Shown piece by piece: positions 62,999-64,000 of a DNA stretch of 64,000 bases (position 1 is the stretch's first letter; each line of letters begins with the position of its first letter). The notes under the pieces were generated by a model. That model did no database searches and was not told where the DNA came from. It saw only the letters and a list, made by a program, of their open reading frames with translations. Source of the stretch: Tubiluchus corallicola (Eukaryota > Animalia > Priapulida); contig JAQGDQ010000024.1 of assembly GCA_030141605.1 (NCBI GenBank), forward strand, positions 868,001 through 932,000, read 5' to 3'. Made by a program: the position numbers and the translations under genes.

Positions 62999-64000
62999 CT
63001 GAAACATGGCAAGATCCATCGATATATCCTCAAAACAGTTTCTACTGATTAAAAAGTAAGGCAGCGACACTGGCAACCATTATAAGTGCCAGTTACAATA
63101 TTCTTTCAGGTTACACACCTTTTTGCAAATATCAGTCAACAAGATGTCTGAATGGTAACAATAGTCTAGGCCCATATCCTGAAAAAGTGCTTCTATAAGG
63201 TGCTCGGGACGGTTGTTTTCTAAAAGTGGGCAACATAACCAGTCTTATTAATTTGACTATGTTGAATCCAAAAAAGGTTGTTGCTGGTTCAAAAAATTAG
63301 CGGAAAGGGATTAAAAACGCAAAAAACAAAATGACTGTCAAATAAAAAAAATTTCCTGAAAATGAACATTAAAAAGCCATTATGACATCTATTCCAGGGC
63401 TTCTGCAATCCATTATCTGTTACATTTGTTACAAAAATGATTGTAGTCTTCAAAATGGCCGCCACACAAAAAGAAATGATGCCAATGAATTATATTACCT
63501 GTTTCACCTAAAGATTTATTACAAAAACAAAAAGCAAGTCATTTTTGCTAATTCGACCTTGAATCTAAATGCTGCCAGACAAATCATTAATAACAAGAAA
63601 TAAGCAGACGAAAATGGCTGCCGGGTTACCAAAGTATAGTCCAGCAGAATCGTGAAAAACTGCACATTTCATCTAAATGTTATGAAACTTAGCACAACAC
63701 TAGAACCCGACAAAGTGATTAATTTTAGAGAAAAAATAATCCTCCAATATGGGCACCATTTTCAAGATCTACCAATAAGATGTGTTCTAGCATATAAGGA
63801 TTATATCTTAGCTACCAGAACAGAGAACATGATGATTCTGGTATCTAAATATAGGCTTAGGGTCAAGCAATCCATAACTAATACTTAAAAACATTTATGT
63901 GCTCTAGCAGCTAAGATTCGGCTTTAAAAAACACATCATTCCATCTTCCAGACCATTTTGACATGGTGGCAACATTGGATGTTTTTTGTTTGGCTTCACA

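Overview
AT-rich invertebrate (metazoan) genomic DNA; no prokaryotic features. The right half holds a large minus-strand gene that the ORF track mostly misses. I rebuilt 22 coding exons by hand (30321-62998, 3366 nt, about 1121 aa; the 5' end lies beyond the window). All junctions are GT-AG and phase-compatible. Architecture: partial Ig(V) - Ig(V) - Kunitz - lachesin/IgLON-like Ig triad - CASPR/Neurexin-IV-type fibrinogen-like domain 1 (interrupted by a second Kunitz exon) - S/T linker - fibrinogen-like domain 2 - GPI-type hydrophobic tail. It carries three RGD motifs. One 13.6-kb intron (35207-48839), inside fibrinogen-like domain 1, contains an antisense tandem array of intronless class A GPCRs: three intact copies, one with a C-terminal frameshift, one truncated chimera and one old pseudogene. 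The left about 29 kb has no convincing gene. It contains minisatellites (60-bp, 46-bp and a 159-bp higher-order repeat), microsatellites, decayed RTE- and CR1-type LINEs (both with inverted duplications) and possible enhancer-like patches. Three non-autonomous DNA transposons with terminal inverted repeats (TIRs) and target-site duplications (TSDs) lie in host introns. All calls come from manual reading; no database searches were run.
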